53,431 nt of DNA from positions 1 to 53,431 of the IMG/VR virus record IMGVR_UViG_3300037518_000174. One strand, given 5' to 3'. The notes below the pieces were generated by a model. That model made no database searches. It was not told the origin of the DNA and was given only the letters and a program-made list of their open reading frames with translations. Position numbers and translations under genes: made by a program. Of the stretch, positions 16,784 to 25,181 are shown piece by piece; the first letter of the stretch is position 1, and the number at the start of each line of letters is the position of its first letter. The DNA is from a virus. Taxonomy: Duplodnaviria; Caudoviricetes.

Positions 16784-18814
16784 CTATATCCCAAGATTGA
16801 TGAATCCACCACTGACCCCGCCCGCATCCTGACACACCCCACCTACGGCGAGCTGGATGGTGCTCACGAAGTCAGTCGCCAGAATCGTTTGGCTATCGAC
16901 GTTTCCAGTGCCCTGATCCGAGCCACAGGCCCGCGTGGTCGTTACCGTGAAGCCCTGCCCTTCGAGGGTAGAGGTTGCGGTTGCTTCCGCATTCCCAACC
17001 TGGCTAGCCACGGTATCGACAGTGACCGAAAGCCTCCCGGTAGAATCCGTCGTCAAAGTCCCGTCAGACGCCCGGAAAACGATCAGGTCGTCCGTTTCGT
17101 CCATGTCCGGTGTCCCCTGGAACTCGGTCATCGAGATGCTGAGACCCGATGTGGTGGCGTTTCCTATCGTCCCTATGTCCACATCGTCCAGGTCGGTGCA
17201 GGAAGCGGAAGAATCGAGGTGCAGCCTTGAGTTGAAAGGATCGATCCACAGGACCCGATGCCACTTGTCATTGTCGGCGTCGATCTGGATATGATCGCCA
17301 GCGGTGTAACCGGATTCGTCGGTGACTACTAGCGAGGAGCCTGATTGCGTCCCGTCACAGGTGGACTCTGCTGTTGGGGCCGAGCGTTGCTGATAGCTGT
17401 AACTCGTCGCGCCTGAGAAATACCCATCGGATAAATCAATGGCCGCCATCGCCTCGTCTTTGGCGAGCACGAAGTTCTGTAGCGTTGCGGCTGTACCGTA
17501 TTCAGGGGGAGGATCGACTAGCTCAAGTGTCGCCTCGGACCCCGAATAAGCTGAACTCGACGAGTAATCGCAGTCAACAGCCGTCACGTCCTCTGGAGCA
17601 ATAAACGACCCATCAGCATTGAGCGTAATATCGTCTATGTCAGACGTATCGGCCATGACGTTGCCGATAGCCATTTGATCGCCGTCAGTCAGATCGGTAG
17701 GAAAGCCCCAACACCTACCGGGATTGCCTTCCTCGTCGAATGGTGTATCGGTCGGACCCCAGACGCCTGAAAGAAAGGCTGTTCCGATGTTGACGAAATC
17801 GACACCTGTCTGAGCCGTGGCCGTGATCTCTAACGATCCGTCAGCCGCCGAGTTGTTCGTGACCGTCAGATTGCAGGTGCCGTACTTCAGGCCGCTGGTA
17901 ACACCGAACCCGACGATATCCTCGTCGAATTGAATCGAGGTATCAGCCCACGAATCAATGCTTGTCAGTTCTGCCGTCTGCCCTGCACACGTCAACTCTA
18001 CCGTTCCGGCCCCTTGAGTCGCACCGAACCCAGTCCCGGTAACGACGACGTTTAGCTGCCCTGCGGTAATCGATTCGTCGGTGTCTACATCGGTGACTGT
18101 TACAGTAGAGGCAACAGCCTGATTGAATACGGCCGCACAAAGAACCTGATCCCCTAAGCCGCTATCCGAGTCTCCTACAACGCTGACAGTAAGACCGGCT
18201 GTTCCGGTCGTTAGCGCATCCGCCCCAGAATAAGCATGGGCTGACGGATGAGCATCGAACGCTTCAGTTAAGTTTGTCCATGCTGCTGTGTAATCTCCGC
18301 CTGGGTCGCTTCGGCTCAAAACACCAACAGCAAAACCACCGTCGACGCTTGTCAGGCTTGCCGATAAAGAGATAAGCGAATTTGTGTTGTTATCTTCGTC
18401 AGCGTCCGAATTGGCAACAACGCTTGAAGTCGCTAAATCAGTTACCGTATAGGCGTAATAGATATCATTGCCATTGCCCGTTGCCGCTGGAACGATGACG
18501 GCCGTCGTATCGTTAGGGTTTGCCAGATACCAGATAGAGCAACTGGCCTCGTCACTTGTACCAGTGTAATCGCCATCCATGACCGCCAGCGTGAGACCGA
18601 CAGAATCATGCGTGATACTGCTCGGTGGCTCCGCTGTATCTGAGGCTCGCCTGTGCGCCCCGACGACAATCAAGCCCTCGCCGGCAGCAACCGCAGGCCC
18701 GGTAACGGTCGGGTCCGAATACTCGTTGGAGACCGCGATATCGGCCTGCCCGATTATGGGAAATAGGGCACAGAAAAGGACCGGAATCAGGCTATACTTG
18801 AGCCGCCTAATCAT
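16784..18814 (-). CDS. secreted multidomain beta-rich protein (IPT/TIG-like, Ig-like, C-terminal PASTA-like); probable start at ATG 18814
   Basis: Signal MIRRLKYSLIPVLFCALFPIIGQA; TIG-like VVVTGTGFGATQG.GTV...SW.DTSI; PASTA-like VGNAEATATSTLEGQGFTV...GNVDSQ. The 120 aa before this ATG overlap other genes and look non-coding. Confidence 0.8.
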   Translation of the reverse strand: MIRRLKYSLIPVLFCALFPIIGQADIAVSNEYSDPTVTGPAVAAGEGLIVVGAHRRASDTAEPPSSITHDSVGLTLAVMDGDYTGTSDEASCSIWYLANPNDTTAVIVPAATGNGNDIYYAYTVTDLATSSVVANSDADEDNNTNSLISLSASLTSVDGGFAVGVLSRSDPGGDYTAAWTNLTEAFDAHPSAHAYSGADALTTGTAGLTVSVVGDSDSGLGDQVLCAAVFNQAVASTVTVTDVDTDESITAGQLNVVVTGTGFGATQGAGTVELTCAGQTAELTSIDSWADTSIQFDEDIVGFGVTSGLKYGTCNLTVTNNSAADGSLEITATAQTGVDFVNIGTAFLSGVWGPTDTPFDEEGNPGRCWGFPTDLTDGDQMAIGNVMADTSDIDDITLNADGSFIAPEDVTAVDCDYSSSSAYSGSEATLELVDPPPEYGTAATLQNFVLAKDEAMAAIDLSDGYFSGATSYSYQQRSAPTAESTCDGTQSGSSLVVTDESGYTAGDHIQIDADNDKWHRVLWIDPFNSRLHLDSSASCTDLDDVDIGTIGNATTSGLSISMTEFQGTPDMDETDDLIVFRASDGTLTTDSTGRLSVTVDTVASQVGNAEATATSTLEGQGFTVTTTRACGSDQGTGNVDSQTILATDFVSTIQLAVGGVCQDAGGVSGGFINLGI

Positions 18815-18972
18815 CGGAGAGAACCATGCTGAAGAAAATCCGAGACTGGCTGTTTCCAACACGCCGGACGTACACCGAAAAAACCGATCACGTCTGCGGC
18901 CAGCACTACGCTCTCGACGCGAAAACTGGCGATCCCTACTGCGCCGTATGCAATAACGATCTCGCCTGACAT
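18811..18972 (-). CDS. 53-aa hydrophobic peptide (MSGEIVIAYG...)
   Basis: Fills the gap exactly, with a TGATG overlap upstream and an ATGA overlap downstream. Confidence 0.5.
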   Translation of the reverse strand: MSGEIVIAYGAVGIASFRVESVVLAADVIGFFGVRPACWKQPVSDFLQHGSLR

Positions 18973-20951
18973 CACCACCCCAAGCTCGAGAAGTTTTCGA
19001 GCTGCAAGGTGTTGTACAGCTTGCCAAGGAGCGTAGAGAGATCGTCTCCCTGCGCGTCCGACCAGATGATGTTGTCGTAACGGTGCTCGACGGAATCCAG
19101 AGTAGAGATACCGTTGTTCTGCCACGGGTCCTGATACGCGCCCATTGAGTGGGCCTGAATGTGTGGGCCTGCATTGGGACTGGCGTTCTCGAACTGGTAG
19201 ACGCCCGGATGAATCGTCGATCCGTTCCAAATGAATTTCGCCTCCGTCGGTTCTACACCTGCTAGCTCAGCGTAGAAGTGGAACTCCCCATTACCCCCTT
19301 CGGCGTCCGTCCTCGAATCGGGACGGAATATCAGGTAGATATCAAGTACCAGCCCTTCCATGCTGGCCTCGCCGAAATCGGATGCCGTTGCCATCGTGGA
19401 TGTGACGCCACCACCGCCGCTACAAGTGCCGCCACTGAAAAACCCTGCCGACTTGTTGCGCCGTGACAGAGTGTCGATTTCGTCCTCGGAGATACCGATA
19501 GACCAGTTGGGATTGACCTGGTTATGCCACGGACATCCAATCTCCGTCTGCCAGCTCGTGAAATGCGGTCGTAGGTTTTGCCACTGGTGCATTCCGCCGC
19601 CGTCGTCCCGAACTTTGGTGATTGTGGTCGAGTAGGCGATTCCGAGAAGATCGGGATTACAACCTGCTCCGGTACAAGTCGCAGCTTGCTCGGACGTGTA
19701 GACGTAGTTGTGGGTGTACTCGGAAGTGTCTCTGGTTGGAACAGGAGCACTCCCGACATACGTTGCCGCGAAAAACAACGTATCTTTCGGCAGCCGAATC
19801 TCGGCGCGTCCGCAGGTTCCAGAGTCTTCTAGGAACGCACGAAAGGCGTTACCGCTCTTGGGACCGCCGCTCGCTATGATTTCCGTGATGCTGCAAGCCT
19901 GACCCGCACCTGCACCGACGCGGGTCCAGACATTGTTGAAGTCTGCCGAAGTCGTCTTTACACCGGCTGAATAGCCCTCCCAATCCTCCATGAACAGGAT
20001 TTGACTCGACGAAAGCAAATCACCGCCACCGCCGCCGCCAGCCAAGTCGGTCGTTCCCGAAGCGCAAGAACTCCAATCAGACTCATTGGCCGCAGGAGAA
20101 GAATCAACGGCAAAGACTTTGAACCAGTAGGTTGTCGAAGCAGTTTTGCCGCCAGAAGTCCTAGACGTGTCAGGCGGTATCGTGGCAGAGCCGAAACTCT
20201 CGTTGCTTTCACATGCGCTCAGGCTCGTGCTTGAGCTTGAAACGTAGTAGGCCGCTATTCCAGAAGCGTCCGTGGAAGCATCCCACGAAATTTCCAGACA
20301 GGTGTCGCCGTTGGTCGAGCAGGGCAGGACCGTTACGTTACTTGGAACTGTAGGTGCAGTCGTATCGGAAGGGTCGGCAACGTCGAAAGTAAAAGTCTCG
20401 TCGGTCGGTGTATTCGTGCCAGTAGGGGATTGAGGCGTACACGTCAGGGTGATATCGACAGATTCCTCAGTGTCCGGTGTTACCGTGAGAACGCCTGAGG
20501 TAAAATCGAACTCGGCGCCCATTTCACCGGAGATTTCATCGGTCTCGCCGGCAGCAATCGTGACAGCAACCGTTACGCCCTCGCCGGCCTGGCACCAATC
20601 GGTGAAGTTGAACTCGTATGGAGTCCCTATTTGTAGGGCTTGAGTCGTATCGACAGGAGTCCCTTCCTCGTTCTCCCACCGGGCTGTAAAGACGAAAGCG
20701 AACTCGGGATTGGTCGAGCGATTACCGCCGATCACAGCTATCGTGACTGAGTTCTGCCCTTCTCGGGCTTGTGGCTGTGCATTCGCAACTCCAATCAGGG
20801 ATCGCAGATACACGATGGCCGCACTGACGCACGTATCGACAGTCGCCTCGCAGCTCCAAGTGTCCTCTCGTGTGAGCGTGACTTGTGCAAGCACGGGCGC
20901 GAGCATGACGAATGCGAACACGCCGGCTAGGCGGGGGATGAATCGGTTCAC
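18972..20951 (-). CDS. secreted protein with Ig-like, fibronectin type III and polysaccharide-lyase/ConA-like domains
   Basis: Signal MNRFIPRLAGVFAFVMLAPVLA; FN3 DTTAPTVPSNV...ISWDASTD...Y...YWFKVFAVD...NESDWS; Gly linker; C-domain LFMEDWE...RAEIRL...YDNI. Confidence 0.8.
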   Translation of the reverse strand: MNRFIPRLAGVFAFVMLAPVLAQVTLTREDTWSCEATVDTCVSAAIVYLRSLIGVANAQPQAREGQNSVTIAVIGGNRSTNPEFAFVFTARWENEEGTPVDTTQALQIGTPYEFNFTDWCQAGEGVTVAVTIAAGETDEISGEMGAEFDFTSGVLTVTPDTEESVDITLTCTPQSPTGTNTPTDETFTFDVADPSDTTAPTVPSNVTVLPCSTNGDTCLEISWDASTDASGIAAYYVSSSSTSLSACESNESFGSATIPPDTSRTSGGKTASTTYWFKVFAVDSSPAANESDWSSCASGTTDLAGGGGGGDLLSSSQILFMEDWEGYSAGVKTTSADFNNVWTRVGAGAGQACSITEIIASGGPKSGNAFRAFLEDSGTCGRAEIRLPKDTLFFAATYVGSAPVPTRDTSEYTHNYVYTSEQAATCTGAGCNPDLLGIAYSTTITKVRDDGGGMHQWQNLRPHFTSWQTEIGCPWHNQVNPNWSIGISEDEIDTLSRRNKSAGFFSGGTCSGGGGVTSTMATASDFGEASMEGLVLDIYLIFRPDSRTDAEGGNGEFHFYAELAGVEPTEAKFIWNGSTIHPGVYQFENASPNAGPHIQAHSMGAYQDPWQNNGISTLDSVEHRYDNIIWSDAQGDDLSTLLGKLYNTLQLENFSSLGW

Positions 20952-20960
20952 GGTGTCTCC

Positions 20961-20991
20961 AAAAGAGAGAGGCCCGAACTAGCAGGCCTCT
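20961..20991 (-). terminator. tR'-like intrinsic terminator in the late leader
   Basis: Minus strand AGAGGCCTG-CTAGTT-CGGGCCTCT followed by CTCTTTT, just before the RBS of 20951. Confidence 0.65.
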
Positions 20992-21081
20992 GTGGGTGCC
21001 GTCGAGGGGGGGGGAGTGACGGCTTTTTAGTGGGACTAGGGTGCGGCTTTTTCGGGGCGAGCGAAGCCGCTGAGATGGCCT

Positions 21082-21109
21082 AGTGTGCCATAACAGACTA
21101 GAGAATCAA
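21082..21109 (-). promoter_or_regulatory. candidate pR'-like late promoter
   Basis: TTGATT at the Q stop, 16-bp spacer, extended -10 TGG-CACACT; canonical position directly after Q. Confidence 0.4.
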
Positions 21110-21474
21110 GAGTTTTCCAGCCTGAAGATGTAGTGCCCGACTAAGAATCTGGCCTGCCTCAACATAGCCGTCACGCGCTCTGTCGGGTAATTGTGCTGCC
21201 TCGCAATCTCGTACTCCGAAGGCTCGCCAGGATTCAGGTAGAAGTCTGCGAAGACACGCCAGTAATCTTTTCGCTTCACCCGCATCTGGGCCACGGCCTT
21301 GTCCGTCACGGCGATTTCCTCGGTGGGCTGCGTGTCGTGCGCGTGGTCTAGCCGCTCCCTGAGATACCCTATCGCAGTACCCTCGGCACCGGGCATCGGA
21401 CATCGGGCCCATGCGGCCCATCTGCTCAGCCTGGCGTGAAGCCAGCCGTCTTCCTGCTCTGGTACTGCCGCCAT
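21106..21474 (-). CDS. late antitermination protein Q-like
   Basis: RLSRWAAWAR N-terminus, D.AVAQM...VF..FY, C-terminal HTH EIARQ...L.QA; last early gene before the late genes. Confidence 0.75.
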   Translation of the reverse strand: MAAVPEQEDGWLHARLSRWAAWARCPMPGAEGTAIGYLRERLDHAHDTQPTEEIAVTDKAVAQMRVKRKDYWRVFADFYLNPGEPSEYEIARQHNYPTERVTAMLRQARFLVGHYIFRLENS

Positions 21475-21693
21475 CGGCTAATCCCCTACCTGAGTTCTTC
21501 AAACCGCGTGTAGTAGAGTCGTCCGCGCCAGTAATAGGCTTCGATATAGCACCACTCGTTGCACTCTACGATGCGCTGCCCGAATCGCTTGGCTAAAAAC
21601 TTCATCATGCCCAACTACCCTCAAATGGCGACCGCCACGCCTCACAGGCAACCCAATCGCGTTCGGCGCTTTCGAGAGAAGTAAGGCGGGCGG

Positions 21694-21882
21694 TCATACT
21701 GGAAGTCTCAAGGCATACTCGTCGAGATCGTCGACACGACATTCGAGCTTCGACATTGCCGTGGCGTACTTGTCCTGCCAGTTGTCGAGCTCAAGTTCTA
21801 GGCGGCGGATCTTCTCGTCTCGGTCGCGGATCATTTGCTCCATGGTGTCTTCAGAGAGGAAAGCGCCTCGGTGGTCTTTCAT
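21694..21882 (-). CDS. hypothetical coiled-coil protein
   Basis: ATGA overlap with the upstream gene. Confidence 0.55.
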   Translation of the reverse strand: MKDHRGAFLSEDTMEQMIRDRDEKIRRLELELDNWQDKYATAMSKLECRVDDLDEYALRLPV

Positions 21883-22262
21883 GGGCGCTCACTCCAGTCG
21901 CTGGTAATGCATGTCGTTGTCGTTACCGTCGTCGCAGTGTCATCTACCGGGCAATCTGTCGCCCTGACTCGGAACCAGTAAATGTCTCCCGGCTCTTTTG
22001 AATCAGATCTGAAGTAATAGCTATAAGCGGCCTCATCAACGTCGGCATCGAACGTGCCGATGTTGACCATGTGAACGCCGATAACACCGACGATGAAAGC
22101 AGTCAGCGCAACATTGAGGGGACTCACCACTCTCGGGCGCTCGAACGCGGGTTCTTCATAGGCGAAGAAATACTCGAACTCCTGCCAGTCAGGATCACTC
22201 TTGTTCGGTGGAATCTCGACGAAAGTCCCAGTGCCATCCCAAGGGTATTGGTCGTCGCTCAT
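21879..22262 (-). CDS. single-pass membrane protein (probable start 22262)
   Basis: TM segment VALTAFIVGVIGVHMV; FN3-like C-terminal strands YWFRVRATD...SDWS. Confidence 0.55.
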   Translation of the reverse strand: MSDDQYPWDGTGTFVEIPPNKSDPDWQEFEYFFAYEEPAFERPRVVSPLNVALTAFIVGVIGVHMVNIGTFDADVDEAAYSYYFRSDSKEPGDIYWFRVRATDCPVDDTATTVTTTTCITSDWSERP

Positions 22263-22270
22263 GCTGCCCC

Positions 22271-22467
22271 CTAGTAACCTCGGTGATCTTTCATACATCC
22301 AGCTCCACAATCTTCACGAGCCGATACTTGTACGCAGGCTGCCGTCTCGACTTCCAGCGCTTTGCCTTCAGTGACTTTCTCGCCGCAGACAACAGGCGGT
22401 GTCTCGACGCTGTTACCCAATCCCAGGTATAGAGCTTGAATTGGACTTGGTATTCGGGAAGGGTCAT
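22271..22467 (-). CDS. probable small nin-region ORF region (frame uncertain; best candidate MTLPEYQVQFKLYTWDW... from 22467)
   Basis: ATGA overlap at 22464-22467; competing overlapping frames exist. Confidence 0.35.
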
Positions 22468-22928
22468 GCGACATTCCTCAACGAAGTCCGCCCGATACCC
22501 TTCGACCTCAATTCGTCGGCCTCGTACACGACAGAGGAACACGGGCTCTCTATCTCGTCAGCCATGAATAGAACGGCATTGTTGAATACGGTGGTGAACT
22601 CCGTCTGATCGACAATATCGAACCGGATAGTCCTCGGGACCGGGACACGGATCGGGCCCACGTCGTAGTAGTCGCACCATTCGATACAGATTTCGACGTA
22701 GGCGCGTAGAGCCTCTGGATCATGAAACCGATGACCGTGCAGTACGCATCCGTGCTTGATCTGCTCGCGGAATAGCGCGAAGAACAGCCGGTGGTGTTTG
22801 AGATTGCGAGCCTTCTTGACATCGACACTGACGATTTCGCCGACACCATAGGCGGCTCGCAATACCTCCAAGTCCTGCTCGTCTAGCGGGGCCAGGTGGT
22901 GTCCGGTGAATGTGAGGCCGACTTTCAC
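22464..22928 (-). CDS. DUF1367/NinB-like protein (probable GTG start 22928)
   Basis: KKARNLKHHRLFFAL...VPRTIRFD.VDQTEF..VFN. Confidence 0.7.
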   Translation of the reverse strand: MKVGLTFTGHHLAPLDEQDLEVLRAAYGVGEIVSVDVKKARNLKHHRLFFALFREQIKHGCVLHGHRFHDPEALRAYVEICIEWCDYYDVGPIRVPVPRTIRFDIVDQTEFTTVFNNAVLFMADEIESPCSSVVYEADELRSKGIGRTSLRNVA

Positions 22929-23119
22929 ACCAGCCCCGACTTTTCCAGCAACCAGACCGGAAGCTCGACGCGAGTCTCGACCCCTTTGCGCAACGGTTCT
23001 TCCTCGTCGACGATTTGAGAACGAGGAATCCATGCCTCGTCCTTCCCGTTGTTTAGGAGCACGGCCTTGTCAGTCTCGGCCGTTACCGATACGTCGATCC
23101 ATTCGGTGTTGTCGCTCAC
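22925..23119 (-). CDS. conserved small phage protein
   Basis: ETDKAVLL...WIPRSQI...LPVWL pattern, common in phage early regions. Confidence 0.7.
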   Translation of the reverse strand: MSDNTEWIDVSVTAETDKAVLLNNGKDEAWIPRSQIVDEEEPLRKGVETRVELPVWLLEKSGLV

Positions 23120-23409
23120 AGATTCTCAAGCCGCTCCAAATGCCGCCAGCACGACTGCATGGCCGTCTCCATCGCCTTCACGGTTGCGGTCATCTCCTGA
23201 GTCACGGACATGACGGGACGCGGCGCTTGCTTATCCTCAGAACTAGACGCGTTCTCCGGCTCCGAGCCGACAATCCGGTCGGCCAGAACATGGAGTCTGT
23301 CGGCCAGTTTGCGGGCGCCGTTCACGCACTCACCGAAACGAGCATCAATCTGCTTCAGTTCGCCTACCTGCTCAGTTTGGGAAATCACGCCAATCATCGA
23401 ACCTTCCAT
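23116..23409 (-). CDS. hypothetical protein
   Basis: AAGGAG RBS; coupled to the downstream gene. Confidence 0.6.
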   Translation of the reverse strand: MEGSMIGVISQTEQVGELKQIDARFGECVNGARKLADRLHVLADRIVGSEPENASSSEDKQAPRPVMSVTQEMTATVKAMETAMQSCWRHLERLENL

Positions 23410-23468
23410 CTCACTTCTCCTTTGCGGCCCTATGCCGCGATTGAAAATCTAGTTATCCGGCCAGTCGC

Positions 23469-23681
23469 TTATCCGCCCGTAACCGATCTCGACTTCGGAA
23501 CAAGCTGTCCAAGCGAGTTTTTGATCCAAGCCCAGTTCTCCCGTTGCTGTCCGTCAGGCCCGTACTCGCGATGGCATTCGCAACAGAAATGCATAGGCGA
23601 ATTCGGCGGGCTTCTCCATGAGCCGCCCTTGTAAAAAATCGGCTTGCGCCCGCAACACCGTCCGTTTTCGTCAAGAGTCAC
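23469..23681 (-). CDS. small Cys-rich (Zn-ribbon) protein
   Basis: RCCGRKP..Y...FCCECHREY. Confidence 0.55.
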   Translation of the reverse strand: MTLDENGRCCGRKPIFYKGGSWRSPPNSPMHFCCECHREYGPDGQQRENWAWIKNSLGQLVPKSRSVTGG

Positions 23682-24003
23682 TGACCTCTCCCATGTCTAT
23701 CTCTCTGCATACCCAGCGATTCTTTGAATTCTTGCGCCACCCATGTATTGCCAAAGACCAATTCGCCGCACAGACGGCAGCGAGATTCTCGTGCTGCCTG
23801 ATCTTCTGCATACGCGCCGACACATTCGATCCGCTCGTCGTCTGAACTGCTAACGTCTCGCCCGTAACCGGATGAACAGCTAAAATGTCGATGAACCCGA
23901 AAAGATCTCGCTTGATGAAAGTCTTGGGAATCGTCTGCTCTACGACGCCGACAAGGTAGCCTCGGGCGCGGAGAAGTTTCATGCTTCTGGCGGTTGGGCT
24001 CAC
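23671..24003 (-). CDS. PD-(D/E)XK nuclease, Holliday-junction-resolvase-like
   Basis: LRARGYLV...DLFGFIDILAV...LAVQTTS. Confidence 0.7.
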   Translation of the reverse strand: MSPTARSMKLLRARGYLVGVVEQTIPKTFIKRDLFGFIDILAVHPVTGETLAVQTTSGSNVSARMQKIRQHENLAAVCAANWSLAIHGWRKNSKNRWVCREIDMGEVSDS

Positions 24004-24278
24004 ATCATCCCTTCGGTAATCCAGATTTGCTGAGTCCTGACAACACCGTCGAGAAGAAACAGCCGCCGCTCGTCTCTCGTGAATCCGTGCGGCTCGACGC
24101 CATCCACGCAGCGGTGACAGTCAGAACAGCCGATAGCCGCCTGCCGGTCGTCGCTCTTGCGAGCCATACCGGCTCCGGATAGGTGACAGAGAACGGAAGT
24201 CTCCGGGTTGCGATTGCACACGCCGGGAATCCTGATCGTGCAGTCACGGCCTTTAGCCTCCTTTCGTAGATTCGTCAC
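24000..24278 (-). CDS. DUF1364 (YbcO-like) nuclease-fold protein
   Basis: LRKEAKGRDCTIRIPGVCN.NPETSVLCH...GM..K.DD..A...CS.CH...D. Confidence 0.85.
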   Translation of the reverse strand: MTNLRKEAKGRDCTIRIPGVCNRNPETSVLCHLSGAGMARKSDDRQAAIGCSDCHRCVDGVEPHGFTRDERRLFLLDGVVRTQQIWITEGMM

Positions 24279-24489
24279 CCAGCGTCTCCAATACCTCGTC
24301 GTCCAGCGATTCCAGCTCGTCAGGCGTCATGTCGGTTGAGTGCAGGCGCTTCAAAAGCTCGACGATGTTGGGCTTGCGCTTCTTGTTGGGTAGCCTGAGG
24401 ACGTGACGCTTCGCCCGAGCTTTGTTGATTTCGTCGGACACTTTGTCGATTGCCCTACGCTGCCTGACTGTCAACTTGCGATGTTCCAC
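24253..24489 (-). CDS. hypothetical basic protein
   Basis: Overlaps neighbours in operon orientation. Confidence 0.5.
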   Translation of the reverse strand: MEHRKLTVRQRRAIDKVSDEINKARAKRHVLRLPNKKRKPNIVELLKRLHSTDMTPDELESLDDEVLETLGDESTKGG

Positions 24490-25012
24490 GTTTCAACTCG
24501 TCCGAAATTGTCTTTAAAATCACTGACATGAAATCCTCGTCTGTCCACTCGTCGCTCTCTGCCTGTAGGACAACCGAGTTTTTCGCCTTCACGATCCTCG
24601 CCAGCTTCACGTCGTCTTCTATCCCTCCACAGGCCATGATTCGATTTAAGAGCACTCGATTGGCGTAGCGAGCAAATCGGGAGCAGTCCGGGCCGGAGTT
24701 GAAGGTTTGAGGCTGCGATGTCTTGCCCCTCGGTTTCTTCTGATCCCGAGCGTCTGCAAAGGGAACGCGCCAATTTTCTTGATTTAAATACGGGTGCGGG
24801 CCTTGCATGAACTGGCCTTTGTTCTCGAGCCACTGAGCGTCATATAGGGCTCGCTGCTGAACGTCTCGGATAATCTCGTCGGCATGCTGATCCAGTTTCT
24901 TTACGTTCCAGACCTTCTCGCAGCCTTTCGGGTTCGTCTTACGCCGATAGTTGTCGAACGGTGGCTTGCCGTTCGGAGGCCATGCTTTCCAGAACGCTTC
25001 AAAACGGGACAT
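24455..25012 (-). CDS. replication-initiator-related protein (C-terminal replisome-organiser-type domain only)
   Basis: FEAFWKAWP...RK...K.....W and F...P..YLNQENW motifs, usually found at the C-terminus of phage initiators. Confidence 0.6.
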   Translation of the reverse strand: MSRFEAFWKAWPPNGKPPFDNYRRKTNPKGCEKVWNVKKLDQHADEIIRDVQQRALYDAQWLENKGQFMQGPHPYLNQENWRVPFADARDQKKPRGKTSQPQTFNSGPDCSRFARYANRVLLNRIMACGGIEDDVKLARIVKAKNSVVLQAESDEWTDEDFMSVILKTISDELKRGTSQVDSQAA

Positions 25013-25181
25013 TGGTCACGTTCTCTCTGGCTTTCCGAATCGCAAGCGACAGTTCCCGCTCCCTTGAAATCTGCTCTGACCTTCGCTGCTCTGCCTCACG
25101 GACCTTCCTTTCTCCCCGTGCGATTGCCGATCTAACCTCTCTGTCGGGCTTCCATAAGTCGCTCACTAAACCGCGTCCCAA
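24999..25181 (-). CDS. hypothetical protein
   Basis: Overlaps both neighbours in operon orientation. Confidence 0.45.
   Translation of the reverse strand: MGRGLVSDLWKPDREVRSAIARGERKVREAEQRRSEQISRERELSLAIRKARENVTNVPF

Noticed and set aside
18815-19174. N-terminal 120 aa of the 796-aa ORF
   Set aside because: This Arg-rich stretch overlaps two better ORFs; the signal peptide and ATGA coupling indicate a start at 18814.
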